DNA of 64,000 nucleotides from Opitutales bacterium (GTDB lineage: Bacteria > Verrucomicrobiota > Verrucomicrobiia > Opitutales > PNEW01): assembly GCA_965197745.1 (NCBI GenBank), contig CBDANS010000007.1, positions 640,001-704,000 of the forward strand, written 5' to 3'. Of the stretch, positions 1 through 10,408 are shown one piece after another. Both the position numbers and the translations under genes were made by a program. Below the pieces are notes generated by a model, which was not told where the DNA came from, did not search any database, and worked only from the letters and a program-made list of their open reading frames with translations. Positions within the stretch are counted from its first letter, which is position 1. Each line of letters begins with the position of its first letter.

Positions 1-104
1 ACCCTTCATTCTGGCATGTTGGTAATTCGGCTTTTATCTTTACTATATCACCTTATATAGTAAATTTATCCTTTTGAAGATTACTGAAATCTAATTCGTA
101 GAGC

Positions 105-1817
105 ATGAGTTTAGAGACGGAAGAAGCGCAAAATCTCTCCAAAGTTGAGAAAATCAAGGATGCGAGCAATTATCTGCGAGGCACAATACTAGAGGGTCTA
201 GCGGATAGCACGACGGGTGCTATTGCTGCCGATGACACTCAGCTGACCAAATTTCATGGCATATACCAGCAGGACGACCGTGATATTCGACGTGAACGGC
301 GCCAGCAGAAACTGGAGAAAGCGTATATATTTATGGTGCGCATTCGTGTTCCGGGTGGCATTTGCAGTACCGAAAGTTGGCTCGCTATTGACAGGATTGC
401 CGATAAAAACGCCAACGGCACCATGCGGTTGACGACCCGTCAATCATTCCAACTCCACGGGGTCATAAAGGGTAACCTCAAAAAGACGGTGAAGGAGGTC
501 AATGAGGGATTACTCGACACGCTGGCTGCATGCGGTGATGTCAATCGCAATGTCATGTGCAATCCTAACCCCCATCAATCGGAATTACATGGAAAGATAT
601 ATGAAATCGCGAATACCATCAGCAACCATATGTCTCCACGAACGCATGCCTACCATGAAATGTGGCTTGATGGAGAATTGGTAAGCGGTGGCGAAGAGGA
701 TAAAAATGTAGAACCAATATACGGAAAAACCTACCTTCCGAGAAAATTCAAAACCTCCATCGCGGTTCCACCCAGTAATGATGTTGACGTATACTCGCAG
801 GACCTGGGGTTTATTGCCATCATCGAGGATGGCGATCTTGCTGGTTTTAATGTTACGGTGGGTGGAGGCTTGGGGATGGACCATAATAAACCGAATACAT
901 TTCCCCGCCTTGGCGATGTAATAGGTTATATCTCACCTCATCAGGTTATTCCCATCGCGGAGGCCGTAGTGACCACGCAACGGGACTATGGTGACCGAAG
1001 TAATCGCAAACATGCGCGCCTGAAGTATACGATTGAAGACAGGGGAATTGACTGGTTTAAAGCTGAAGTCGAATCTCGATCGGGGATAAATCTTCAAGCA
1101 GAGCGCCCCTTTAAATTTACTACCACCGCGGACCGTTACGGTTGGAGTAAGGGGACCAACGGTTATTGGAACCTGAATTTATTTATTGAGAACGGCCGGA
1201 TTAAGGATAACGGAGATCTAAGAATTAAATCCGGTTTAAGGGAAATCGCCAGAATCCACAAAGGTGATTTTCGCATAACCCCCAATCAAAACCTGATTAT
1301 TGGGAATATTGCGGAGGAGGATCGGCTGGCGATAGATGATCTGCTAAAGGAATACAAAATAATCGAGAGCTATAATCAAACGGGTTTAAGACTTAATTCC
1401 ATGGCTTGTGTGGCGATGCCGACATGTGGCCTTGCTCTTGCGGAAAGCGAGCGTCAACTTCCTGAAATTATAGATGAACTTGATAAAGTGATAGAAGAGT
1501 CCGGATTACGAGATGATGCCATATGTATACGCATGACCGGTTGTCCAAACGGTTGCGCGCGTCCTTATATCGGTGAAATTGGATTAGTGGGACGTTCGCC
1601 GGGGAAGTATAATATTTATCTGGGTGCCAAGATAGACGGTACGCGGCTTAATAAATTATATAAAAAAGCGGACAGTGTCGAAGAGATCATTGATGAATTG
1701 GCACCGATCATACGGCATTATGCGAAGGAAAGGGAAACCGGAGAAGAGTTCGGTGATTTTGTAATTCGTAAGAATTATGTTAAAGCTACACTTGCCGGGC
1801 GAGAGTTTCACAATTGA
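105..1817 (+). CDS. cysI: Assimilatory sulfite reductase (NADPH) hemoprotein subunit
   Basis: 570 aa; KFHGIYQQDDRD, LTTRQSFQLHG, TYLPRKFK; siroheme/4Fe-4S motifs MACVAMPTC and MTGCPNGC. Confidence 0.95.
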   Translation: MSLETEEAQNLSKVEKIKDASNYLRGTILEGLADSTTGAIAADDTQLTKFHGIYQQDDRDIRRERRQQKLEKAYIFMVRIRVPGGICSTESWLAIDRIADKNANGTMRLTTRQSFQLHGVIKGNLKKTVKEVNEGLLDTLAACGDVNRNVMCNPNPHQSELHGKIYEIANTISNHMSPRTHAYHEMWLDGELVSGGEEDKNVEPIYGKTYLPRKFKTSIAVPPSNDVDVYSQDLGFIAIIEDGDLAGFNVTVGGGLGMDHNKPNTFPRLGDVIGYISPHQVIPIAEAVVTTQRDYGDRSNRKHARLKYTIEDRGIDWFKAEVESRSGINLQAERPFKFTTTADRYGWSKGTNGYWNLNLFIENGRIKDNGDLRIKSGLREIARIHKGDFRITPNQNLIIGNIAEEDRLAIDDLLKEYKIIESYNQTGLRLNSMACVAMPTCGLALAESERQLPEIIDELDKVIEESGLRDDAICIRMTGCPNGCARPYIGEIGLVGRSPGKYNIYLGAKIDGTRLNKLYKKADSVEEIIDELAPIIRHYAKERETGEEFGDFVIRKNYVKATLAGREFHN

Positions 1818-1820
1818 TGC

Positions 1821-2794
1821 GTGCAAACGATAAATATTGCAGCATTTGAAGAACAGGCAGAGGTATTCGATCTTTCGATAGCTGCAACACCGAAAATTTC
1901 AACTTATTGTTCGGGCAGCGATTGGATATTATCTGCTCACGAACATTTACACCCCACACGTGGATCTCAAGTGTATGAGGAAGATGGGCACTGGTTAACA
2001 TTAACCCAGGGGCCGCTTTATCACCTTAATCATGTCTTGCAGCCGATGGAGTCGACCTGGTGTTTTAGTTGTCCTCTCATTGGCCCTGATCCGAGACAGA
2101 GTGTCAGTCTATTGCGAAGAATACTGTCATACGGGGAAAATAAGAGGAGACTTTTATTGTTGGGTGGACTCCCGAGGGGGTCAAAATTACATGCCCTATG
2201 CCACCAGCATTTAAGTAGGACGCATCGGGTTCAAGCCTTTCCAGGGAGTGATTGTAACGAGGCAAGCCTCGAAGGGGGCATCGATGGCTATCTTGCCCGG
2301 CGCAGTATTCGATTTCGCGCATCGTTGCGGTCTGGAATACGAAAATTTGAAAAAGCGGGTTTTATTTTTGAAAGAATAACTCGAGATAGCATGGAAAACT
2401 CTATTCTCAATCGCTTGCTATCGATTGAAATGCGGTCGTGGAAACAAGGCGCCGGTGAGAGTGTATTCCGGCATCATGATCACTACCGATTTTACCGTGA
2501 TCTTATTCGTCGGGCGGAACAGAGAGGTTCAATGCGTGCGATATTTGTTAAGCGTGGTAGTGAAGATAGCGCTTACGTTATAGGAGGTGTCCTAGGTGCT
2601 ACTTACCGTGGTTTTCAAATGGTTATGACGCTTCTTTAACCTCGATGGGATTGGGAAATCTGGTCCAATATAATATGATTCAATGGCTGTGTGATGAAGG
2701 GGTTAAAAAATACGATTTGGGCATGGATATGCCCTATAAAAGACGGTGGGCGGAAAATCGTCTGGAATTTATAAATCTCTTCGTTTCCCCTTGA
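1821..2794 (+). pseudogene. CelD/BcsL-like GNAT acetyltransferase, frameshifted near 2620
   Basis: ORF 1821-2639 ends ...GFQMVMTLL. Another frame from 2621 reads GYDASLTSMGLGNLVQ...YDLGMDMPYKRRWA to TGA at 2792-2794, the typical C-terminus of this family. Confidence 0.7.
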
Positions 2795-2880
2795 TGGATT
2801 ATAAATGGATTGTGCTTAGATAAACTTCATTTTCGTCTCAGATAATTTTAGGCAACTTTAAATCATAATTATTGCAATCC

Positions 2881-2958
2881 AAGGTGGAGCGGGCTGTCCC
2901 CAGCACGCTTCTTCTCATAGGAAGAATCAAACGCGCTAGGGACAGCGCGTTCAACCTT
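2881..2958. repeat. REP-like inverted doublet between convergent genes
   Basis: AAGGTGGAGCGGGCTGTCCC (2881-2900) is an imperfect inverted repeat of GGGACAGCGCGTTCAACCTT (2939-2958). Confidence 0.75.
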
Positions 2959-3000
2959 GATATTATTGTCAATATATGGTGTGACGAAAACGAAGCGTTT

Positions 3001-3426
3001 TCAGTCGAAAAGACCGATTCTCCTCGTGTGTCTTTCCCCCTCGAAAGCGGTAACCAACCATGTTTTTACTACTTCGAGAGCAGTCTCTTCTGAGATCATT
3101 CGTTGGCCAATTGATATCATATTGGCATCGTTGTGCGCGCGGCTAAGGCTGGCAGTTTCGACATTCCAGCAGAGTGCGCAACGAATACCCTTAACTTTAT
3201 TGGCGCACATCGCCTCACCATTACCTGATCCTCCGAGAACGATACCGCGTTCACATTCCCCGCTCGCAACCGATTCAGCTGCTGGTTGTATAAATTTTGG
3301 GTAGTCTACGGATTCATTGCTATGCGTGCCGAAATCTTTAACCGTATGTCCTTCTTCAATAAGCATTCCCTTGATCGCTTCTTTGTATTCGAAGCCGGCG
3401 TGATCAGTCCCTAAAGCGATTTTCAT
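3001..3426 (-). CDS. rpiB: Ribose-5-phosphate isomerase B
   Basis: MKIALGTDHAG, SVDYP, GGSGNG, SRAHNDAN, FEGERHTRRI; start moved to ATG 3426. Confidence 0.95.
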   Translation of the reverse strand: MKIALGTDHAGFEYKEAIKGMLIEEGHTVKDFGTHSNESVDYPKFIQPAAESVASGECERGIVLGGSGNGEAMCANKVKGIRCALCWNVETASLSRAHNDANMISIGQRMISEETALEVVKTWLVTAFEGERHTRRIGLFD

Positions 3427-3854
3427 GTTCAATAAAAATAGTTGGATGATGCATAAGAATGCAAATATTTTAAGATATATGATATAAATTAACATAGTCT
3501 TTTACCGTAATGATTATGAAGATGAGGGCTGAATACTACGCCTCTTAAATTACTTAACCGTCTCCAGGGGCCCACCATTTTTAAACAATTTTCACATCCC
3601 AATGAGGAATAAGCTATTGCCAGAAATAAAGGGATTGGTTACTGGCATGTATCTATGGGGACTTACCCTACACTAACTTAAGTATTAATCATAGATTAGC
3701 GCACCTCCCTACGATCTTTTAGATGGAAGTTTTAAATAGGATTCGGACAATAAACCCGGGGTGGTATTAAGCCTGATAAAAAAATTAGTTTGTTTCAGCC
3801 AGGGGCCTGATTAAATTAGTTATAGAATGTGATTTTTTCCACTACCAACTAATC

Positions 3855-5015
3855 GTGAAAATCCTTCACCGTTACATTTTTCGGTCAGTCTTATTCGCCA
3901 GTCTCGCTGCGGTTGGCCTCTTTGTTTTCCTTTTATTGGCCGGCAACATTCTTAAAGACATTATTGGGTTACTCATGACCGGCCGTTTAAACCTGCAAAT
4001 GTTTATGCAGCTGATGTTACTGCTGATCCCCTATGTCGTTTCCTATGCATTGCCATTAGGTATATTAACAGGCCTATTGATGATACTGGGGCGCCTGTCC
4101 GCACAGCGTGAAGTAGTGGCCTTAAAGACCGCGGGGTTGTCGCTCTGGCATATCGCGGCACCTGTAGTGGCTATAGCAATGCTCGGTGTCGCGCTCTCCG
4201 CGTTGATCAATTGTTATTATGCCCCAGAAGCTAAGACGCGATATCGCAATCTCCTTTCCAATGTGGTACGGCAATCACCCTTGAGTTTTGTCACACCTAA
4301 GACCTTTATTCATGAATTCACGGGATACGTCCTCTATGTGGGAGCAAAGAGTGGAAACTCATTACAGGATTTTTGGATATGGGAGCTCGACAAAGACTAC
4401 AACGCGATAAAACTGCTTCGAGCCCGGCAAGGGAAATTCGAATATGATGAAAAAGGGGATGCCCTTATTCTCACGCTTATCGATGGTTTCTCGGAATTAC
4501 GCAGTACTAGAAATCCCGATGAGCTGCAACACATTCGCCCAAGTGTGTCATTTGGGGTAGCCCGTTTACGCTTGCCCCTCGATCGGCTATTAGGTCGTAA
4601 GAGCAGCTATGTCAGCCTCTCTACCCTAAATTTAAATCAGTTGCTTGAACGTAAAGATGCATTATCAGAAAAAATAGATGAACTTGAAAGCGGGGTTGAT
4701 GAACTCACACGTGACAAGACGGTGGCGGAAAAAATAAAAGTGCAGATGCAAATCCAGAAAAATCTAGCCATGGCATTTTCCGTTCTCTCATTGACTTTAA
4801 TCGGCATACCTCTGGGCATCAAAGTCAGCCGAAAAGAGACCTATGCGAACTTCAGTTTGGCGCTAGCTCTTGCTATGGGTTATTATTTTCTTATTATCAT
4901 CGTGGGATGGATGGAGAAAGAACCCCAGTTACGTCCCGATCTTATTATCTGGTTACCCAATATTCTCTTTCAAGCGACAGGACTATGGCTTTTTGTCCGC
5001 GCTAACCAATATTAA
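3855..5015 (+). CDS. LptF/LptG family LPS export permease
   Basis: 3 N-terminal TMs, GRLSAQREVVALKTAGLS motif, periplasmic domain, LIGIPLGI and IWLPN C-terminal TMs. Confidence 0.9.
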   Translation: MKILHRYIFRSVLFASLAAVGLFVFLLLAGNILKDIIGLLMTGRLNLQMFMQLMLLLIPYVVSYALPLGILTGLLMILGRLSAQREVVALKTAGLSLWHIAAPVVAIAMLGVALSALINCYYAPEAKTRYRNLLSNVVRQSPLSFVTPKTFIHEFTGYVLYVGAKSGNSLQDFWIWELDKDYNAIKLLRARQGKFEYDEKGDALILTLIDGFSELRSTRNPDELQHIRPSVSFGVARLRLPLDRLLGRKSSYVSLSTLNLNQLLERKDALSEKIDELESGVDELTRDKTVAEKIKVQMQIQKNLAMAFSVLSLTLIGIPLGIKVSRKETYANFSLALALAMGYYFLIIIVGWMEKEPQLRPDLIIWLPNILFQATGLWLFVRANQY

Positions 5016-5029
5016 ATAATAGAGCTTCG

Positions 5030-5255
5030 TCTTCGTCTGCCAGATGATTTCACCCCGGAGGGGTGCAACAATCATAGCCCACAGCGTTAGCTGTGGAAAA
5101 TAATTGTCGGAAAAATCAGCTCCAGCGGGGCGACACAAACCGGATTGACAGTCTATTTGTGTCGCCCCTCCGGAGCTATGAAAATGGGTGGTACATCATC
5201 ATACCCATTGCTTGCGCCATGGGCTAATTATGATACCCCCCCTCCGGGGCTTGGA
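5030..5255. repeat. ~225 bp self-palindromic REP/BIME-like element, copy 1
   Basis: Nested hairpins CACCCCGGAGGGGTG, CCACAGCGTTAGCTGTGG, GGGGCGACACA...TGTGTCGCCCC, CCCATTGCTTGCGCCATGGG; an inverted diverged copy lies at 19502-19727. Confidence 0.85.
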
Positions 5256-5314
5256 TATAGCTGTTTTATTGTTATACAATAAATCTTCATCTTCGTTTGT
5301 CTCATCGACCCTTA

Positions 5315-5480
5315 ATTGAGATAGCCACAAGAGTCATAAATATCACAAGAAAAAATGTTTTGAGTATAACTTTTATTCTCTAAATTTTTACTTATTGTAT
5401 CATCATGCTCCAAAGCGGACGCGACGGAGCGCGTCCCTCCAGAGTAAGAAAATGGAGGGCCACGCAATGCCGTGGCCACT
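5315..5480. repeat. REP module GGACGCGACGGAGCGCGTCCCTCCA with flanking AT-rich segment
   Basis: ~5315-5441 is an inverted diverged copy of ~43334-43460; core also at 43593-43617. Confidence 0.75.
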
Positions 5481-5587
5481 AGAAAGTTTGCGCTATAGTC
5501 TAAGATTTAGCACTTACTATGATATATTTAATTTAAGGACTAAGACAAAGCTCTAGCGCTATTATCAAACCTTCGGGTCCCTGAACC

Positions 5588-5833
5588 CTAACGATCATTT
5601 TCAGAATCAAAGGTTTCAAACTCTAGCTTGTCCTTATCTTTTTTTAATTTATCGATTTTTAATTCAGCATCCTTGAGACGTTTTTGACAGGTGATGAGTA
5701 GTTTATTTCCTTCTTCAAATTTAGAGACTAATTCGGCCAGTGGAATTTCACCGCTTTCCATCGACTCGACAATAGCTTCCAGGTGTTCTAGTGATTCTTC
5801 GAAATTAGGGCTTTCTGATTTTTTTGCGCTCAT
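5588..5833 (-). CDS. xseB: Exodeoxyribonuclease VII small subunit
   Basis: FEESLEHLEAIVESMESGEIPL...FEEG...CQKRLKDAELKI. Confidence 0.95.
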   Translation of the reverse strand: MSAKKSESPNFEESLEHLEAIVESMESGEIPLAELVSKFEEGNKLLITCQKRLKDAELKIDKLKKDKDKLEFETFDSENDR

Positions 5834-5847
5834 TTCGATTTAGGTTT

Positions 5848-5871
5848 AAGTCAAAAAGTCAAAAAGTCAAA
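5848..5871. repeat. Perfect 8-bp tandem repeat (AAGTCAAA)x3
   Basis: Read directly; lies just upstream of the xseB start. Confidence 0.9.
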
Positions 5872-6032
5872 AGGGATAAAACGGATAGGTGAAAATGCGA
5901 GAAAACGGTCCCGGTATAGCCCTCTTCCGTCCGCTCCTAATATTCGCGTTTCTCTTAATAATCAAACGACAATGCCTTCATAAATCTTGAACGATCTAAT
6001 TTACACTGACAAGATGCCTATAGAACTATTGA

Positions 6033-7292
6033 TATTACACAATCATCGCGATTTTTATAATCCTCTTAATTGCCAAGCTTGTTACCGAGCTGTGGCTCGA
6101 TGAACTTAATCGAAAAGAAGTAAATAACAATGCACAATCAGTGCCTGAAGCTTTTCGTGAATTCATCGACCCTCCAACCTATGAAAAGTCAGTAGCTTAC
6201 ACTTTGGCAAAAAATCGATTTAGTAGAATAGAATCGATTTTTGATGCATCCCTTCTCGCGATAATTATTTTAAGCGGATTTTTACCATGGCTATATGAAG
6301 GGCTGTCACAGTTAATCGGGCATACAATTTGGGCACAGGCTATAATTCTGATTGCCATTGGCGTTATCCTCGGAATCCCTTCTATTCCTTTTGATTGGTG
6401 GGATCAGTTTCGACTCGAAGAACGATTTGGTTTTAACAAAAGCAGTACGAAACTTTGGATTACGGATAAAGTGAAAGGAATGTTGATCGGCCTGATTATC
6501 GGTTACCCGATGCTCTGTATCCTCCTATGGCTTGTTCATCTTCCACAATGGTGGATATGGGCTTTCATTATATTTTTTTGTTTCCAACTTTTAATGATGG
6601 TCATTTACCCCATGTTTATAATGCCGGTATTCAATAAGTTTGAACCGTTACCTGCAGGTGATCTGCGGGAACGGTTGATGGCACTTGCTGATCGTACAGG
6701 ATTTAAAGCAAAGACCATACTCGTCATGGATGGAAGCAAACGTTCGGCACATTCCAATGCCTTCTTCACCGGATTTGGAAAAATACGTCGAATCGTTCTT
6801 TATGACACGCTTATGGAACAGTTAAATCCCGAAGAACTTGAAGCGGTGTTAGCGCATGAAATCGGCCATTATAAATTAGGGCATATTCCTAAAATGATAT
6901 TCATTTCAGCAGTTTTCATGTTGATAGGCTTTTGGGCCCTTGCAAAGTTGGCGGAGAGTGCCTGGTTTTACGTCGGGTTTTCATTTCAACCTGACAGTGA
7001 TATAGCAGTCGCTTTTTTGTTATTTACTCTATTGAGCGGTCTTCTGACCTTTTGGTTATCGCCTTTAATAAATCGTTGGTCCCGCAAACACGAGTTTGAA
7101 GCAGATAGCTTTTCAAGCGATGCCATAAATACCTATAAACCACTGGTAAATTCTTTGAGAAAACTGTCGGAAAAGAATCTCAGTAATCTTACACCTCATC
7201 CGCTTTACAGTCATTTCCATTACTCTCACCCGACGCTTCTGGAGCGAGAACATGCCTTGGCTGCTTCCCCATCCCAAGGGGCTGCAAGATAA
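6033..7292 (+). CDS. M48 family (Ste24/CAAX-like) zinc metalloprotease; true start uncertain
   Basis: HEIGH motif, NAFFTG, EFEAD, YSHP. The frame stays open upstream of 6141 to 6033 with a hydrophobic helix; ATG 6014 is out of frame. Confidence 0.85.
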   Translation, partial: YYTIIAIFIILLIAKLVTELWLDELNRKEVNNNAQSVPEAFREFIDPPTYEKSVAYTLAKNRFSRIESIFDASLLAIIILSGFLPWLYEGLSQLIGHTIWAQAIILIAIGVILGIPSIPFDWWDQFRLEERFGFNKSSTKLWITDKVKGMLIGLIIGYPMLCILLWLVHLPQWWIWAFIIFFCFQLLMMVIYPMFIMPVFNKFEPLPAGDLRERLMALADRTGFKAKTILVMDGSKRSAHSNAFFTGFGKIRRIVLYDTLMEQLNPEELEAVLAHEIGHYKLGHIPKMIFISAVFMLIGFWALAKLAESAWFYVGFSFQPDSDIAVAFLLFTLLSGLLTFWLSPLINRWSRKHEFEADSFSSDAINTYKPLVNSLRKLSEKNLSNLTPHPLYSHFHYSHPTLLEREHALAASPSQGAAR

Positions 7293-7324
7293 GACAGTAT
7301 TTACTTTTAATAAGTAACCTGGTC

Positions 7325-8248
7325 ATGCAATTTGTTCGCAGCCGATCATATATTAAATTTATAATTTCGGGCGCAGCACTGTTTTTCCTTAGCGTTTTAA
7401 CGCTGGAAGCAACGGTTCTACGCGTGGCGACACTTAACCTCTACAATTATTTGATAACCAATCGAATGGTAGGTAAAGTCTACCGTGAAGATTATCCAAA
7501 ACCTGAGGATGAAAAAAAAGCCCTGAGTGAAGTGGTGATAAAAACGGGTCCACACATCCTTGCCGTGCAGGAAATGGGATCTGAGCCTTATCTACTGGAA
7601 TTTCAACGCGACTTAAGGAGCGAAGGGTTAGATTACCCTTATATTATTTTAATGGAAGCAGCAGATGAAGAACGTCATACCGCAGTGCTGTCAAAATTGC
7701 CATTCGAGCAAGTTATACTCTATGACGAGCTGGAATTTAAATACTTTGATGAAAAAATCCGCGTGAAGCGCGGTCTTCTCGCAATAAACTTCTATGTGAA
7801 CGGTCTACGATGGACCCTTTTTAATCTGCATTTGAAAAGTCGATATACGGTGCGCCATGATGATCAGGAGGCGAAGATCCAACGCCTGAATGAAGCTGTT
7901 GCTATCCGTAACAATATCAAAACAGCTTATCTTCTGAATGCTAATCTTCACTATCTAATCGTAGGTGATCTTAATGATACAATAGGCAGTAAAACGCTTC
8001 GGCGGCTTTTAAAAAGTGGGAGTAATACTATCTCACATGCTATTCCTGCCGCTGATTCCCGTGGAGAAACCTGGACTTATTATTATAAAAAAGAAGACGT
8101 TTACTCACGATTCGACTATGTGCTCGCTTCACCGGCAATGATGCCCTATATTGAGAACGCGCGCGGTAAAATAGTCGATTGGCCGGAAATGAAAATTGCC
8201 TCAGACCATCGCCTCGTATATGTTGATATCGCTATACCGGAGGAGTAA
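7325..8248 (+). CDS. Endonuclease/exonuclease/phosphatase family protein, probably exported
   Basis: ATLN, AVQE, NLHLKS, GDLND, FDY, ASDH motifs; N-terminal hydrophobic signal. Confidence 0.9.
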   Translation: MQFVRSRSYIKFIISGAALFFLSVLTLEATVLRVATLNLYNYLITNRMVGKVYREDYPKPEDEKKALSEVVIKTGPHILAVQEMGSEPYLLEFQRDLRSEGLDYPYIILMEAADEERHTAVLSKLPFEQVILYDELEFKYFDEKIRVKRGLLAINFYVNGLRWTLFNLHLKSRYTVRHDDQEAKIQRLNEAVAIRNNIKTAYLLNANLHYLIVGDLNDTIGSKTLRRLLKSGSNTISHAIPAADSRGETWTYYYKKEDVYSRFDYVLASPAMMPYIENARGKIVDWPEMKIASDHRLVYVDIAIPEE

Positions 8249-8255
8249 ATACAAA

Positions 8256-9203
8256 CTACGGCGGTCTGCTCTTTTCAATTTTACCATAAATACGCCGTAA
8301 TGCAGCTTCGACAGGAGGGGGTAGGGGCGGACTGAATGCTGAATCAACATTAGCTTTCAGGTGATCGAGATTTGATGTCCCCGTGACAATTACATGAATG
8401 GCTTTCTGATGAGCGACATATTTAATGCCGCGGTCCGCTAAGACCGCCATGCCCTCTTTGATCCAGTGAAATACCGGGTCACTTTCAGATAGTGCTTCCG
8501 GTCCCAGTATCCCTTCATTCTTATAAGAGTTAATCCATTTAATCAATTCATGTGGATTGCAGAACGGTTTTCTCAACGGTGACATACATAAGAGGCCGGG
8601 ATCATTTTTTGAACTTTTTGGAAAGATACGGCGCTCAGGTCCCTGGGTGCACATGTTATAGCGAAACATAAAAACATCAAATAAATCCGTCTCTATTGCC
8701 TGTGATATTGTAGACTGATCGAGATCCCCCCACATATGCTCGCTCACCCCGAGGAATTGTGTCATTCCCGCTTCTTTCAAGCTGACAAAAGTGGGATAAA
8801 GCCTATCGATCGCTTCCCTATAGTGATCCGGTTTAAGACCATGAAGCAGGACGATGTCTAATCTATCCGTATGAAGAAGTTTTAAGCTGCGTTCGACCGA
8901 GGCGACCATTTTTTCAGGTGCTTTCAGAAGCCCTTCACCTTCATTAATCTGGATTTTAGTACAAATAATAGGGGGAGTTACCAGCTTTGCCTCTTTCAGC
9001 GCGCTACCTAAGATCGCTTCCGTATCCCCATAGGCAGGGGACGTATCGAAAAAATTAATGTCCAACTCCAATGCGCGATGCACAATTTTACAGGATTCGG
9101 ATCGTGTCATCCCAAGTTTTTGCCCGAGTCGAGAGTCTCCTCCCGTTCCCAAACCGATACGGGAAACTTCAAGTTCAGTCTTTCCCAAACGACAATATTG
9201 CAT
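8256..9203 (-). CDS. Aldo/keto reductase
   Basis: RLGKTELEVSRIGLG, FFDTSPAYG, TK, SLKLLHTDRLDIVLLH, GVS. Confidence 0.9.
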   Translation of the reverse strand: MQYCRLGKTELEVSRIGLGTGGDSRLGQKLGMTRSESCKIVHRALELDINFFDTSPAYGDTEAILGSALKEAKLVTPPIICTKIQINEGEGLLKAPEKMVASVERSLKLLHTDRLDIVLLHGLKPDHYREAIDRLYPTFVSLKEAGMTQFLGVSEHMWGDLDQSTISQAIETDLFDVFMFRYNMCTQGPERRIFPKSSKNDPGLLCMSPLRKPFCNPHELIKWINSYKNEGILGPEALSESDPVFHWIKEGMAVLADRGIKYVAHQKAIHVIVTGTSNLDHLKANVDSAFSPPLPPPVEAALRRIYGKIEKSRPP

Positions 9204-9279
9204 TCAGTACACCCTTTCTTCAAGGGGAGTTAATATATTAATAAGAAAATTGATACTCGCAGTTCAAGCCCGATGAAAT

Positions 9280-10332
9280 TTACTCCGGACTTGATATATG
9301 GTCTCGCCATGTCACACCAAAACCAGGTTTATCTAAGATTTTTAAATACCCATTTTGGGGATCGGGTTCGCCTACGGTGGCCGAGTTGCTTCTGGCAGCA
9401 TCCTGGGTGAAGACAAGTTCTGCCATACGACACTGCATGGCAACGACGACATGCAGACCCCAAATCTCACCTCCCCGGTGTGGTAAGACGGGAACCCCAT
9501 TCTCTTTAGCCATCTCACAGATTTTAATTGCGTCCGTAATACCACCACACCATGTGACATCGGGTTGTAATATGTGTGCGGCCTTACGATTCAATAATTC
9601 CTGAAAACCATATCGTGTAAACTCGTGTTCTCCCGTCGCGATTTTCGTAGTTTTTACTTCGGCTGTTAAACGGGTGTAGCCATTGTAGTCGTCGGCCATG
9701 AGCGGTTCTTCTATCCATTGTAAATTATAGGGGGCAAGATGTTCTGCCATCTCAAGGGTATAGTCTACATTCCATCCCATCCAGCAATCCAACATCAACT
9801 TCGCTTCATCACCAATCAGCTCTCTCGCTCGCGCAACTTTTTCAACATTACGTTGTATCCCTTCAGGTCCCTCATCGGGCCCCGCAGCTTTGGATATTTT
9901 AAATGCCTGAAAACCCGCAGCTTGATTTGCGGCCAGTTCTTCACCCGTGGCATAAGTGAGAACTTCCTTATTTTTATTCGAACCAAGACATTGATACACG
10001 GGCGCTTCTTTTGCTTTTCCTATTAAATCCCATAGGGCAATATCCACGCCGCTTATTGCCATGATGGCTATTCCCTTACGGCCATATGCTGCCGACTCCC
10101 AGAACATGTCTTCCCATAATTGATCAACTTGAAAGGGGTCTCGACCGATGAGGATTTTGCGAAAAGCATGCTTAACTATCTCCACTGAAGCGACGCCTCC
10201 GCCCCCCATCCCTATTCCTATAAGTCCTTCATCGGTATGTATTTCCACACCAAATTGCCACATCTTTCGACGCCACCCGGAAGGGGGTGGGCGATAGTTG
10301 GGATAAAACGGGTAAACCTCGGTAATTTTCAT
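9280..10332 (-). CDS. Mandelate racemase/enolase superfamily dehydratase (L-rhamnonate dehydratase-like)
   Basis: YGRKGIAIMAISGVDIALWDL, LMLDCW, WIEEP, ATGEHEFT, QPD..WCGG. Confidence 0.85.
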   Translation of the reverse strand: MKITEVYPFYPNYRPPPSGWRRKMWQFGVEIHTDEGLIGIGMGGGGVASVEIVKHAFRKILIGRDPFQVDQLWEDMFWESAAYGRKGIAIMAISGVDIALWDLIGKAKEAPVYQCLGSNKNKEVLTYATGEELAANQAAGFQAFKISKAAGPDEGPEGIQRNVEKVARARELIGDEAKLMLDCWMGWNVDYTLEMAEHLAPYNLQWIEEPLMADDYNGYTRLTAEVKTTKIATGEHEFTRYGFQELLNRKAAHILQPDVTWCGGITDAIKICEMAKENGVPVLPHRGGEIWGLHVVVAMQCRMAELVFTQDAARSNSATVGEPDPQNGYLKILDKPGFGVTWRDHISSPE

Positions 10333-10408
10333 TGAACTTCAATGCAAAGATTACCGTTTCAAATTCCGTTTTTTTTTTAAATGAAATTACCTGAGATAAA
10401 GATGAATG

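Larger units (their letters stand above)
5021..5554. repeat. Composite intergenic repeat mosaic bracketed by (TTCGTC)-type inverted repeats
   Basis: AGAGCTTCGTCTTCGTC (5021) is inverted to GGACTAAGACAAAGCTCT (~5537-5554); contains the two modules listed next. Confidence 0.7.
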
